64,000 nt of DNA from Thermoanaerobaculia bacterium (GTDB lineage: Bacteria > Acidobacteriota > Thermoanaerobaculia > Multivoradales > Multivoraceae), in NCBI GenBank assembly GCA_963664405.1, contig OY761158.1, positions 416,001 to 480,000 of the forward strand. Direction: 5' to 3'. The stretch's first letter is position 1; every line of letters begins with the position of its first letter. Under the pieces are notes generated by a model. It saw only the letters and a program-made list of their open reading frames with translations, was not told the DNA's origin and searched no databases. The position numbers and the translations under genes are program-made. Below, piece after piece: positions 1 to 10,344 of this stretch.

Positions 1-17
1 AGCGGCACCTAGCCAGC

Positions 18-848
18 TCACTCACTGGCAGACGCGGAGGATCCTGCCACTTCCAGGCGAAGCTGTCTTGCCTCAGCAAGCAGGTCGCGAGCCGCCGCAA
101 CCCTCTCTGCTTCAGCGGAGCCAACGGAAGGGCCTGACACCAGGAGCGGCTCCGCATCACCAAGGCCGGTGCCACGGACCTCCATCAGTCTCTTGTAGAT
201 AGAATCGCGAAGGCCTTCGGCGTCTTCGAGCCCTCTGAAGAGGCCGACATGAGAACTACTCTTCTTGTCCCCGCCTCCGGCCGCCTCGGCCTCTGAACGA
301 GAGCCGCCGCCCGCGGTATGCACCTCCAGGTCGGCGATCCCGATCAGACGCTGGATCGGGCCCTGGCGCACCGACATATTCTGGATACTGGCGATGGTCA
401 TGGTCTGCTCGCGGAGAGACCAAACGCCCTCGCGGATCCGCACCGACTCTTCGCCCACCACGTACCAGCGCAGATCCCAGGACAGCTTCAAGAGCGCTGC
501 GGTAAAGATCATCTGCGAAAGAAAGGAAACTACGGCTACGATTTCGAACACTCGGTAGATGAGACCCGGATCGAGAAGGAAATTGACGAATGGAACGTTC
601 TGCTCCACGAGCTTCCCGACCACGCGCTCCACATCCTCGCTAGTGTTTTCGGGCAACCCGAACGACCCAAAAAAGGCCAGAGAGCCGACCAAGGCCAGCA
701 AGGTGCCGACCTGTTTCGGAAACCACATCAGCACGCTGTAGTAGAGATAGCGACGGGAGGCACGAAAGAGCCGAGGCGAGCTACCCGCCCCCGCCGGCAG
801 ATCAGGGCGCTCACTCACTCTCAGCCAACTAAGGAGACGCTTCCTCAC
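18..848 (-). CDS. bacterial PH (bPH_2, YdbS/YdbT-like) domain membrane protein
   Basis: TM segments followed by 'VRIREGVWSLREQTMTIASIQNMSVRQGPIQRLIGIADLEVHTAGG', the typical bPH_2 signature. Confidence 0.8.
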   Translation of the reverse strand: MRKRLLSWLRVSERPDLPAGAGSSPRLFRASRRYLYYSVLMWFPKQVGTLLALVGSLAFFGSFGLPENTSEDVERVVGKLVEQNVPFVNFLLDPGLIYRVFEIVAVVSFLSQMIFTAALLKLSWDLRWYVVGEESVRIREGVWSLREQTMTIASIQNMSVRQGPIQRLIGIADLEVHTAGGGSRSEAEAAGGGDKKSSSHVGLFRGLEDAEGLRDSIYKRLMEVRGTGLGDAEPLLVSGPSVGSAEAERVAAARDLLAEARQLRLEVAGSSASASE

Positions 849-1384
849 TCGTCTGGCTCCTCAGCGCCCGCCCCGGCCTTGTCAGCCAGGAACTTTCTCA
901 GATCTCGGATCTCGGCAGCCGCTTCACGGAGGGCTGCAACCAGGTCGTCGCTCGATTCTTCCCCGAGCGGCGACTCCTGCGCCGGCACCAATCCCCGTGC
1001 AGTCCGCATCCGCGAATACAGGAAATCGCGAACATCGTCGTAGTTCTGCAGGCCCTCGATCGTCATCTCGGCTGCGGCGGTGCCCGAGGCGGTCTGCACC
1101 TGAACTCGGGCGAGACCCAGCCAGCGTTGCAAGAGATTGCTGGTGAGGTGGATGTCTTGAATACGACCGTAGGTAAGACTTACCTCTCGACGAAAGAGCG
1201 CTCCCCAGCGCATGGTGACACCCTCGTCGTCGAATTGGTATCGGAGAGTCCGGTAGCGAAGATAGCGCGGCAGCAGTAGCAGCGGAAAGAAGGGGCCGAC
1301 GAGCAGAGACTCGAGAGCGTAATAGGTAAGCAGATTCTGATGCGGGCGCCGTCGTCCACGAACCCGCTCGCCGAGATCAACCAC
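845..1384 (-). CDS. bPH_2 (YdbS-like) domain protein
   Basis: 'RYQFDDEGVTMRWGALFRREVSLTYGRIQDIHLTSNLLQRWLGLARVQVQTASG'; likely GTG start at 1384 just after the upstream stop; 4-nt overlap with the next gene. Confidence 0.8.
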   Translation of the reverse strand: MVDLGERVRGRRRPHQNLLTYYALESLLVGPFFPLLLLPRYLRYRTLRYQFDDEGVTMRWGALFRREVSLTYGRIQDIHLTSNLLQRWLGLARVQVQTASGTAAAEMTIEGLQNYDDVRDFLYSRMRTARGLVPAQESPLGEESSDDLVAALREAAAEIRDLRKFLADKAGAGAEEPDE

Positions 1385-1392
1385 GAAGCTAT

Positions 1393-2478
1393 TCAGTGGC
1401 CGGCGCCCGCCTTGACCGCCACTTCGGCCTCCAGCAGGCGCGCACCGCGCAGGATGTTGCCCATCGCGTAGTTGCCCTCGTGGCAGGCGTACTCGTAGAC
1501 CTTGTTGTCGGTGCCGGGCCAAAGGTACTCGCCGCTCCAGGGAGCTGTCCAGGTCCCCTCGTCCTCTACTGTAAAGCTGTAGAGCAGGTCGTCTTCGCCC
1601 ATCCGCTGGAAGCGCTCGATCACGTGCAGATTGCGAGTCGCTCCCAACAGTCCGGGACTATCCGTGAAGTTCGTCGTGTCCACGATCAGCGTCTCGCCTT
1701 CCCAGTGACCGATCGAGTCACCGAGCCACTTGCGCACTTCAGTCGGCGGATGCTCCGAGTTCAGGCGGATGATCCGGGCATCGTGGACCATCTCGACCAA
1801 GATCATCACGTATTCAGGAGTCTGGATGATTCGCTTGTGATTGTTGTAGAGCACGGGCAGCATGGGCGGCCCTTGGGTCGAGCCGAAACCCATGAGACAA
1901 CGCTCCGCCGGGGGACGCCGCTCCGGGTCGTCATAGGGGGCCGGCCCTTCGAGGTCGAGCCACCACGCCTCGCCGGTGTTGGGCCGAAACAAAGATCGAC
2001 GAAGGGCTGCGTGCTCTTCGCCTGCTGCCGTGAGCGGCGGCTTTCTGCCGTTCGGCGGGTCGACGATGATCGAGGTTCGGTACTCCCCATCGATGGAGAA
2101 AGCTTGGCTACCCCGGTCAGCCCAAAAAACGTTGTACCCACCGACACTGCCGGCGCCAAAGGCCTCGCGCGGGAAGTCCTTCTGCCCGACGAGCGTGGAT
2201 CCGCCCTTTGCCGGTGCCGATCTGTTGCCATCGCTGATCTGCGATCCGGCGGCAATGAAAGCTCTCTCCCCCTCTGCCACCGCCACCGCCTCTTCCTCCG
2301 TCAGATAGAGCCTGTCGCCCAATTTGACCGGTCGCTCGAGCGGTGTCAGCGTTGCCGTGTCATAGGTCCCGCTGAGATCCGGTGCCTCGAACGCCGAAAG
2401 ATGGACCTGGCCCAAGAGGTCCACAGTCGGTAGGCACACCGCAAAAAGCAGAGAGCAGTAAATGACTCGCTTCTTCAT
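1393..2478 (-). CDS. conserved hypothetical secreted protein (PDLSG...WEGxTLxVxT...EYACHEGN family)
   Basis: Signal peptide from MKKRVIY; motifs PDLSG, ERCL, GDSIGHWEGETLIVDTTNF, YEYACHEGN; paralog at 40550-41404. Confidence 0.75.
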   Translation of the reverse strand: MKKRVIYCSLLFAVCLPTVDLLGQVHLSAFEAPDLSGTYDTATLTPLERPVKLGDRLYLTEEEAVAVAEGERAFIAAGSQISDGNRSAPAKGGSTLVGQKDFPREAFGAGSVGGYNVFWADRGSQAFSIDGEYRTSIIVDPPNGRKPPLTAAGEEHAALRRSLFRPNTGEAWWLDLEGPAPYDDPERRPPAERCLMGFGSTQGPPMLPVLYNNHKRIIQTPEYVMILVEMVHDARIIRLNSEHPPTEVRKWLGDSIGHWEGETLIVDTTNFTDSPGLLGATRNLHVIERFQRMGEDDLLYSFTVEDEGTWTAPWSGEYLWPGTDNKVYEYACHEGNYAMGNILRGARLLEAEVAVKAGAGH

Positions 2479-2735
2479 CCCCGTAATACCTCGGTCATAG
2501 TCACTCCTCATCAGCGCGGAAGCGATTCTAGACACTCGCGCAATGATAGCAGGGGGAACAGGGGCCCTCTCTTCCTACCCTCGCGCCCGACGATGACGTA
2601 TTGTCGCCCCTGCGATGACAGGAACCACCGGGGTCGGCGAGCACTACACCACCGGCCGTGTCCTGGCGGAGATACTCCAGGTCAGGCCATCGCAAGAAAA
2701 GCCGCGGTGAGGAGAAGAGTGACTAAGGAGTGAAC

Positions 2736-3920
2736 ATGAAGATCGTCGACGCCAAGCCTTTCATCGTCGGAACGCCGCCCCCCCACTTCGGAGGTGCCAA
2801 CTGGGTCTTCGTGAAGCTGACTACCGACGAAGGGATCCACGGATTTGGGGAGTCCTACGGATCCGAGCTCTACTTCCCCAGTGCCGTAAAGCTGCTGGAG
2901 GATATGGCCGAGCACTTCGTCATCGGCTCGGATCCATTCAAGATCGAGCGACTGTGGAAGATGCTCTATGCCAGCGGCTACTCCCAGCACGCAGACATTC
3001 TGAAAATGGCGGCCATCAGTGCCATCGAGATGGCCTGCTGGGACATCATCGGTAAAGCTCTCGGCCAGCCGATCTACAACCTGCTCGGCGGGCAATATCA
3101 CGATAAAATCCGCACATACTCCTATCTCTACCCTGCTCCAGGGGACACCTTGCCGGCGAACTCCGCGATGCACTATTCACCGGAGCGGACGCGAAAGAGC
3201 GCGGAAATGGCGCTGAGCCAAGGGTTCACGGCGGTCAAATTCGACCCCCTGATGACCCGGTCGACATTCGGTCCGTCCGAGCTGTCGCGGGCAGAGCTGG
3301 ACAACGTCGAAGCCGTGGTCAGTGGAGTCAGAGAGGTGCTTGGAAACAAGGCCGAGATCCTAATCGGAACCCACGGCCAGATGACGGCATCGAGCGCGAT
3401 CATGCTCGCCAAGCGCTTGGAGCCGTACGAACCGGCGTGGTTCGAAGAGCCGGTCCCGCCGGAGAATATGGACGAAATGGCCAGGGTCGTCAGATCAACG
3501 TCTATCCCCATCGCGACCGGCGAGCGCCTCACCACCAAGTACGAGTTCGCGCAGCTGCTGAACAAGCAGGCGGTCGGAATCTTGCAGATGGCGCTCGGAC
3601 GAGTGGGGGGCATCCTCGAAGCCAAAAAGATAGCGAGCATGGCCGAGGCTCACTACGTCAATTTCGCCCCTCATGTGTGGGCCGGCCCCATCGAGGCGGC
3701 GGCCAGCATTCAGCTCGACACTTGCTCTCCCAACTTCTTCATCCAGGAAGGTATCGGCAGGTGGGGTGACTTCTATGACGAGCTCCTTGTCGAGCCCTTC
3801 GTCTGGGAAGACGGCTACATCATTCCCTCGGATCGCCCTGGTTTAGGAGTCGAGATCAACGAGGAGGTAGCTCGCAAGCATCCCTTCGTCGAGATCAGGG
3901 GGCGCGACCTGGTGATCTGA
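2736..3920 (+). CDS. mandelate racemase/muconate lactonizing enzyme family protein (galactonate dehydratase-like)
   Basis: AGGAG SD; 'VFVKLTTDEGIHGFGE', 'AIEMACWDIIGKALGQPIYNLLGG', 'WFEEP', 'ATGERL', 'PSDRPGLGVE'. Confidence 0.9.
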   Translation: MKIVDAKPFIVGTPPPHFGGANWVFVKLTTDEGIHGFGESYGSELYFPSAVKLLEDMAEHFVIGSDPFKIERLWKMLYASGYSQHADILKMAAISAIEMACWDIIGKALGQPIYNLLGGQYHDKIRTYSYLYPAPGDTLPANSAMHYSPERTRKSAEMALSQGFTAVKFDPLMTRSTFGPSELSRAELDNVEAVVSGVREVLGNKAEILIGTHGQMTASSAIMLAKRLEPYEPAWFEEPVPPENMDEMARVVRSTSIPIATGERLTTKYEFAQLLNKQAVGILQMALGRVGGILEAKKIASMAEAHYVNFAPHVWAGPIEAAASIQLDTCSPNFFIQEGIGRWGDFYDELLVEPFVWEDGYIIPSDRPGLGVEINEEVARKHPFVEIRGRDLVI

Positions 3921-3925
3921 CGCTG

Positions 3926-5089
3926 TCAGGCGCCAGCCCCGAGGCGGCCGTCATACAGCTTCTCGCCGTAGCGCGCGAGCACGCCCTCGTCGAGCACCAA
4001 GCCGAGGCCCGGTCGGTCGGGTACCCGGATATATCCGTCCGCCTCGATCTCGACCGGCTCGGCGAAGAGAGCGTCCCTCGCCGCCGGAGTCCAGGACGGG
4101 GGCTCGTAGGGGAACTCGCAAAATCTGCAGGAAGGAGACGCGGCGATGAGATGCAGGTTGGCGAGAAGGGCGAAGCCGTTGTTCCAGATGTGTGGAGCGA
4201 AGCCCAAATGGTTGGCTTCGGCCAATGCCGCCACCTTGCGACACAGAGAGATGCCGCCAAAGAACATGGCGTCTGTCTGAAGAATATCGAGGCACCTCTT
4301 CTCCACCAGCAAGGCGTACTCATGCAGCCGCCACATGATCTCGCCGCCCGCGATCCGCATCGAGGTCTGCTGGCGTAGCTCACGCAAACCCTCGTAGTTG
4401 TTGCGATCGAGGGGTTCCTCGAGCCAAAGCACTCCGAAGTCTTCGAGCGCACGGGCGACCTGGACAGCCGTCGCCACATCCCACTGCGGCGGGGTGCCGG
4501 GAAAGATGTTGAAGTGAAAGCCCTGATTGGCATCGACCAGGATATCCATGGTGTCACCGACGGCATCCCGGCAAGCCGCAATCACCTTCAGGTCATCGCG
4601 CCAGTCCGCACTGTGGAAGCGCAGTTTGACCGCCGAGAACCCCTTCTCTCGCAACTCCAGAAGATCCTCGGCACGGCGCTCGGGCGTCCGTAGCTCACCC
4701 GTCGAGCAATAGGTGCGCACGCGCTCCCGCCCACCACCGAGGAGCCGAAAGACCGGCAGGTCAGCCACTTTTCCCGCGATGTCCCAGAGCGCCGGCTCGA
4801 TCCAGGCGAGGCGCACGCCGAAAGCCAGCCCGGCCTCGAGGATGTCGGCAAAGCCGGCAATGTCCAGGGGATCACGGCCGAGCAGGAAGTGACCAAAGGT
4901 CTCGCCGATGCCGGCGTGAGCGCGCCCCAACGTAAAGCCGGCCGACTCGCCGACGACGCCGTCGTCGGTAGTGATGCGGACGAAAGTCAGCTCGTTGTTC
5001 TTGAATTGGAGCCCGGGCTGCGCCGAAACCTCTAGGGGCACCGGCAGCGGGACTGCAACGTAATAGAGCTCAACGCGATCGATCTTCAT
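3926..5089 (-). CDS. mandelate racemase/muconate lactonizing enzyme family protein
   Basis: 'ALWDIAGKVADLPVFRLLGG', KLR (KxK-like), 'VDANQ', 'WLEEP', 'AGGE', 'PDRPGLG'. Confidence 0.9.
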   Translation of the reverse strand: MKIDRVELYYVAVPLPVPLEVSAQPGLQFKNNELTFVRITTDDGVVGESAGFTLGRAHAGIGETFGHFLLGRDPLDIAGFADILEAGLAFGVRLAWIEPALWDIAGKVADLPVFRLLGGGRERVRTYCSTGELRTPERRAEDLLELREKGFSAVKLRFHSADWRDDLKVIAACRDAVGDTMDILVDANQGFHFNIFPGTPPQWDVATAVQVARALEDFGVLWLEEPLDRNNYEGLRELRQQTSMRIAGGEIMWRLHEYALLVEKRCLDILQTDAMFFGGISLCRKVAALAEANHLGFAPHIWNNGFALLANLHLIAASPSCRFCEFPYEPPSWTPAARDALFAEPVEIEADGYIRVPDRPGLGLVLDEGVLARYGEKLYDGRLGAGA

Positions 5090-5113
5090 GACATTCCTCC
5101 CGTACCGGCCATT

Positions 5114-7165
5114 CTACGGTGCACTCCAGACCGGATTGATAAAGGCGCCGTTCGCAGCCACGTCCCAGATAGCTACCCGGGCCCATTTCCAGCCTTTGGC
5201 GTCGACCGACCACTCAAAAGTCTCGCTGCCGAAGGCTCCGGTGTCAACCAGTGGAATGATCTCCCGCTTGGTGCCGGATTCGTCACCCCAAACGATCTCT
5301 CCGAAGCGGAGCGGGAAGGTCCAATCCGCCTGGACCCTCGCAACCAGCCGGTCAGCGGTAGAGTCCGAGAGGTCGACTTCGGGCATCAGGATCTCGCCGG
5401 TGGTGGTAAAGAAGTCGCCATCGGCCAAGGGCTCTAGCGCCTCCCCATAGTGCTCGAAGTCCGGAAGTCGATCCAGTTTGATGTAGTTGATATTCATGTG
5501 AGCGTAGAGCTCGTGCGTCTGGTCGAACTGGAAAACGTCGATCTCACCGAAAGTCTTCTTTCGTAGGCCTAGATTGCTCAGGTCGTCGAGGAGGTCGAGA
5601 GACCGCTCCCCTAGACGTGGCGACGAGAGGTCGGATGGCATCGCCTTCCACCCACCACCGAGGTAGCGAGGATCACGAAAGTGCTCAGTATCGGCAATCT
5701 TGTCGGGGTATCCAGTCGAGCCCTTGGTCCGGGGATGGGTTTGGTACATATAGCCCCCTTCGCGGCGAACCAGCTCGAGCATCTCCGCCGCATCCGCGGT
5801 GCTGTAGACCTTGCCATATTTCGGATGCTCCATCTCGAAGGAGCCACCCCGCGGACGGTTCATGAACCAATAGACGGGCTTGGGGAAGAAGAGCGCCCAG
5901 TGCCCGCCTAGATGCACATTGGCCTCCTCGCCTGGGATGAGAAGAAAGTCCTTCTCAGAGGTGGCCCGAAGCACGCGGAAGTAGGAATCGAGCTCCTCGA
6001 GTCTGAGCTCGGTCAAATCACGCGGGTGGCCATCGCCGTGGAAGTCCATGATGATGGAGGCGTCCACGCCCATCGCCTTCAGTACAGGCTTGAATGGAGG
6101 CGTCCACCGGGGTCCGTTGGCCACGGCCTGGCCGGTGTAGGCGAGGTGCCAGTGCGCACTCAGGGTCTTGTACCCAGGCAGCTCGCGAAATCGATCGCCG
6201 TTGGTAAACCTGAGCACCTGCTCGAGTGTCGAGTCGAGCGAAGTGTCGCTCAAGAGAAAAAACACCCCCATCCGCTGGGTCTGGCCCGGCGGCGCGTTGA
6301 CCCAAGGGTAGAAACGCCAGTTCGAGAAGGCGATCTGCCGGATGCCCAGCGACGACTCCCCACGCCAGGCGCGATGCCACAGATACCCCAGATTCGAAGT
6401 GAAATCTCTGGGGAAAAAATACTGATGAGGAGCGGGAAATACGGCAACGCTCCCACCCGCTGTCTTCACCGCCAATGTGCGATGACGCACCTTGGTGGGG
6501 ACAGGCTCCGGCTCGAGACCCGTCGCGACTTCGTGGCGCAGCTTGCCGGCGGTGTCGTAGTAGGCGACGGTCGTCGACATATTCCTGCCGGGAGTCAGGT
6601 CGGCTGCGGCCGCCATCTCCAGCCCGGTATCGTAGAAATAGGCAACATCCTCCTCCACCGTGCTCATCACCGCTTCCTGCTGCACCAGCCGGCTGCCGGG
6701 GAAGAAGGTATACGCGATTCCGCCGTCGAAAAGGCCCATGTGCAAGCCATCGAAGAGGAGCTCGACTCGCTCCCCCACACTCTGAGCGCGGGCCGATCTC
6801 AGTTTGAACTCGCCCTCTGCCCCTCGCGTGCCTTCCGGATGGCTGGGAGGAAAATCGAAGAATGCATTCCAACCCTTCCGGCGCTTGCCGGTCTCGGCGC
6901 GATACAGCGGCCGAGCGTCGCTGACAACCGGCACCTCGCCTACGGCAATCTTGGTAATCAACGGCCGATCGGGATCGAGGGAGAAGATGGCTGTCCAGCG
7001 GCGGCCGCTCTCGTCGGGCCATGCCACGGTGACCGAATCCTCTCCGGCTTCGACGGAGATCGGTCCAGCGCGAACGTCGCCTAGATCGACCGGCACAGCT
7101 GCGCCTATCGAGGCCGAGGTCGGGGCCAACAGCGTAACGAGAACAGCCAATCTTCCAAGCCGCAT
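5114..7165 (-). CDS. secreted protein with C-terminal PHP-like metal-binding domain
   Basis: Signal peptide; HWH, 'DFHGDGHP', 'PGEEANVHLGGHW' and 'THP' resemble PHP/CehA-type ligands; start uncertain (ORF extends to 7240). Confidence 0.6.
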   Translation of the reverse strand: MRLGRLAVLVTLLAPTSASIGAAVPVDLGDVRAGPISVEAGEDSVTVAWPDESGRRWTAIFSLDPDRPLITKIAVGEVPVVSDARPLYRAETGKRRKGWNAFFDFPPSHPEGTRGAEGEFKLRSARAQSVGERVELLFDGLHMGLFDGGIAYTFFPGSRLVQQEAVMSTVEEDVAYFYDTGLEMAAAADLTPGRNMSTTVAYYDTAGKLRHEVATGLEPEPVPTKVRHRTLAVKTAGGSVAVFPAPHQYFFPRDFTSNLGYLWHRAWRGESSLGIRQIAFSNWRFYPWVNAPPGQTQRMGVFFLLSDTSLDSTLEQVLRFTNGDRFRELPGYKTLSAHWHLAYTGQAVANGPRWTPPFKPVLKAMGVDASIIMDFHGDGHPRDLTELRLEELDSYFRVLRATSEKDFLLIPGEEANVHLGGHWALFFPKPVYWFMNRPRGGSFEMEHPKYGKVYSTADAAEMLELVRREGGYMYQTHPRTKGSTGYPDKIADTEHFRDPRYLGGGWKAMPSDLSSPRLGERSLDLLDDLSNLGLRKKTFGEIDVFQFDQTHELYAHMNINYIKLDRLPDFEHYGEALEPLADGDFFTTTGEILMPEVDLSDSTADRLVARVQADWTFPLRFGEIVWGDESGTKREIIPLVDTGAFGSETFEWSVDAKGWKWARVAIWDVAANGAFINPVWSAP

Positions 7166-7319
7166 CGGAACCCTCCCATAGCTGAGCGATAAGCCCAGCG
7201 GCATAGTTTGCTCTTCCCCCAATCGAACCGTATTCACCATTCTACAGGCAGCCGTGGAGTGTATCTGGCGAGCTCACGAGAGTGGGATCATCACCCGGCG
7301 GATTGCCTGGAAAGGCGAG

Positions 7320-7750
7320 TCTGATTCCCTCCCGGCCTCTGTCGTCTCGAGAAGTCAAGTTCCCGGGTTACCTATTTATCTGGGTGATGCGGGTATGTGC
7401 CCTCTTCGTAGCGGTGGCCGTAGCGCGCCAGGGCCGAGGAGCTATCCCGGTGCCTGGGTGAACATGATGTCGTGGCCAGTAGCTTCGATGACGCAAGCCT
7501 CTAGTACCATCTCGACTGGCCTGCCTACGGCTTCCTCAACACAAAGCGAACCGACGACTTCTTCGTCGGCCTTCTCGACCAGGCCGAAGAGAGAGGCTCG
7601 AAGGTCTGGTTCGCAGACACCCTCGAGGAATGGAACGATTGTCTGACCGACGAGTCGGAGCCCAGAGCATCGATTGTCGGGGTCTTTTCCCTCGGTTCTA
7701 TTCGCGCTGTAGCATCGAGGCTGATCAGCCTTCGGCTTCCGTCTGGCTGA
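7320..7750 (+). pseudogene. possible decayed membrane protein remnant
   Basis: Hydrophobic stretch 'EVKFPGYLFIWVMRVCALFVAVAV', then in another frame 'AEELSRCLGEHDVVASSFDDASL*YHLDWPAYGFLN...' with an in-frame TAG at 7502 and TGA at 7748. Confidence 0.3.
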
Positions 7751-7818
7751 CCGACACATAGCCCCGGGTTCCAGAGGGGAGAGAGTTGGCCAAACTCACC
7801 TCCGAGACTCGAGATCAA

Positions 7819-8757
7819 TCAGCGCATCCAGCTTCTGGCACCAATGCGAGCGATCTGGTCGGAAAGCAAACCGACCGCCCATACGATCGCGCCGCCGAGA
7901 AAGGCCATCACGGCGGTCTCCGAAATGTTCCCCAGGGAGACATCGTAGACGAGCTTCACAGTGCCCACGGCAAAAAAGACCAACCCCAGCGGGATGAAGA
8001 CCCTGAGTGGGTTGAAGTAAACGATGGTACGTAAGACGAGCAGGAAGAAGTCGAAGGCATGCAGCGCGCGGATCTTCGAATCGCCTACGCGGGGCCGGTA
8101 ATCGATCGGATGGAAACGCACCAACGCCCCACTGCACAAGGCTGCAAGGGTCACCGAGGTCGTGAAAGAGAAACCCGCAGGCAGAACGTGACTGAAGCGA
8201 TCCACCAGATCGCGCCGAAGCACCCGGAGCCCCGAGTTGAGATCGGGAATGGAACAACCGGCAAGATAGCTGGCGAGGACGGCCAAGAACCACTTGGCCG
8301 GGCGCCGCGCCAAGGGGATGTGTACGTCCTTACCGACCCGCGCCCCGACCACCATATCGTAGCTTTCGGAGTAGCTCAGAAGCTGGGGTATCGACTCGGC
8401 CGGGTAGGTGCCATCAGCATCAATGATAAGAATTGTGTCGTGATCGGCTCTGGCGATGCCGACTTTGATGGCGGCACCGTAGCCCCGATTCTCCGGTATC
8501 GAAACGACCTCGGCGCCTGAGTCTCGGGCTTCCCTGGCAGTGTTGTCCGTGGATCCGTCATCGACGACGAGAATTTGATGCTGGATTCCGGCCTCCATCA
8601 AGGCTGAACGCACTTCCCGAACGCAGGCAGCAACACCTTGATCCTCGTTGAACGCTGGCATGACTACGCTAACGGCTGGCAGCCGCTGCTCGACAACAGC
8701 TCGTGACGACTCACCAGCGCCTTGTTGAGAACATCCTCGTGTCATGCTCAATCCCAT
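7819..8757 (-). CDS. glycosyltransferase family 2 (DPM1-like) with C-terminal TM helices
   Basis: 'SVVMPAFNE', 'VVDDGSTD', 'NRGYGAA', 'IDADG', 'DLNSGLR'. Confidence 0.9.
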   Translation of the reverse strand: MGLSMTRGCSQQGAGESSRAVVEQRLPAVSVVMPAFNEDQGVAACVREVRSALMEAGIQHQILVVDDGSTDNTAREARDSGAEVVSIPENRGYGAAIKVGIARADHDTILIIDADGTYPAESIPQLLSYSESYDMVVGARVGKDVHIPLARRPAKWFLAVLASYLAGCSIPDLNSGLRVLRRDLVDRFSHVLPAGFSFTTSVTLAALCSGALVRFHPIDYRPRVGDSKIRALHAFDFFLLVLRTIVYFNPLRVFIPLGLVFFAVGTVKLVYDVSLGNISETAVMAFLGGAIVWAVGLLSDQIARIGARSWMR

Positions 8758-8763
8758 CCGGGC

Positions 8764-9290
8764 TCACAACGTCGTAAGGAGTCGCGCCGGCGGCGGGGCC
8801 TCCAGGTAGTCATGCAACGGATCGTCGATGAACGGGAAGACGTACTTTTCAACGTAGTCTCCACCCCACAGCTTCCACTCAAGCGATGCCTCCCCGACCC
8901 CGTCCAGAGTCGCCTCTCCGTACCGCCGGAAGCGGAGCTTGAAGAGTCTGACCTCTCCCTCCCGGATCGAACGAAGACAACGAAGACCAGGGCTGTCGAA
9001 GTCGCGCGATGTCACTGTTCTCTTGGGATGATCGCGCAGAGTGTTGGCGTCGCGAAGAAGCAGCCCGCCGACCGACTCGGGAGCAAGGTACTTGAGCTCA
9101 CGCCGCCTCACGGACACCCGCCTCCGACGCAAACAGGGGGGCGCCGGCTGCGAAGCCGTATCCTCCTTGACCTCATCGAAGACGATGCCGGACGAGATCA
9201 GCTGTGGCGCCGGGTAGCCCGGCTCGAGGACGTGAGTCGCCAGTCCGACCTCACCATGGCGGCCTTCGCCCGAGAATAGCTCTGCGACAA
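8764..9290 (-). CDS. hypothetical protein
   Basis: Open frame with GC3-rich codons between the kinase and GT2 genes; start and reality uncertain. Confidence 0.3.
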
Positions 9291-9295
9291 GCAAG

Positions 9296-10344
9296 CTAAC
9301 GGCTAGGCCCAGCAGCTGAGACCCCCGCCTCCTCTGCATCCTCTTCCGGCGCAGCCCCGGGCCAGTCCTCGCGGAGTACGAAAAAGGCCGCAATCAGGAT
9401 CGCGACAAGCGCAACGATCGCGACGACGCCAAGAAACACTCGTGAGACCTTCCTCTCGCCCTCCCGACCGGCACCTAGAAGCTTGGAGGTCGACCGTGAA
9501 AAGCCGTGCAGCTCGTTCAAGATTCCGAGTCGCAGCTGGTCCTCCAGGGCCGTGAGGCTGCGTCGAAGATCAGCGACCGAAGAGTAGCGATCTGCCGGAT
9601 TCTTGGCGAGGCACTTCAGTACCAAAGCGTCGATCTCAAAGGGGACCTCGGGGTTGCGGCTGCTCGGCAGGGCAACTCGACCTCCCGGCACCCGGCCCGT
9701 GAGCATCTCGTAAAAGATCACACCCGCCGAGTAGATGTTGCCCGTAGCTCCGGCTGTCTCCGGATCCTCGGCCTCCTCCGGCGACATGTAGTGAAGCGAA
9801 GCGATTCCACCCACCTGGGTCCGGGTCAACACCGTTCCCGTCGTGGGGCCGCCCTCCCGACATCGACCGAGGCCAAAGTCGGATGCCTTGACCAGAGCGA
9901 GATCCTCAGAGACGAGGATGTGCTCCGGAGCGAGGGCGTGGTGAAACAGATCCTGCTCATGAGCTGCCTGGAGCCCCGCCAAGATGCCCTTGAACACGCG
10001 TACGGCCTCGTGCAGGGAGAGGCGCCGACGACTCAAGACTTCAGTCAAAGGGACGCCGTTCAAGTACTCCATTACGAAGAACGCCCTGTCGCCCTCCCTT
10101 CCGTGATCGTAACGCGGAGAACGTTGTCGTGCTCGAGCTCTGACAGACGCTCGACTTCGTCCTCAAAGCGAGCGAGTGACTCTTCGTCCTCCGTCAACGC
10201 AGAATGAAGTAACTTGACGAGTACGACTCGCTGACGAGACTCCTTGACCGCGTCGAAAGTCTCGCCCGCGGCATCACGACCGCGCCGACGCATGATCTGG
10301 TAGGGGCCTATGGCCTTCAGGCTGTCTTCAGTCGATGTACTCAT
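9296..10344 (-). pseudogene. Hanks-type Ser/Thr kinase-like membrane protein (pseudokinase), split by a 1-nt frameshift near 10111
   Basis: N-part 'GPYQI...VLVKLL...RFEDEVERLSELEHDNVLRV'; C-part 'MEYLNG...SDFG...YMSPE...IYSAGVIFYEMLTG' plus TM helix; adding one T (GTTAC->GTTTAC) gives VLRVYDHGREGDRAFFVMEY. Confidence 0.85.
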
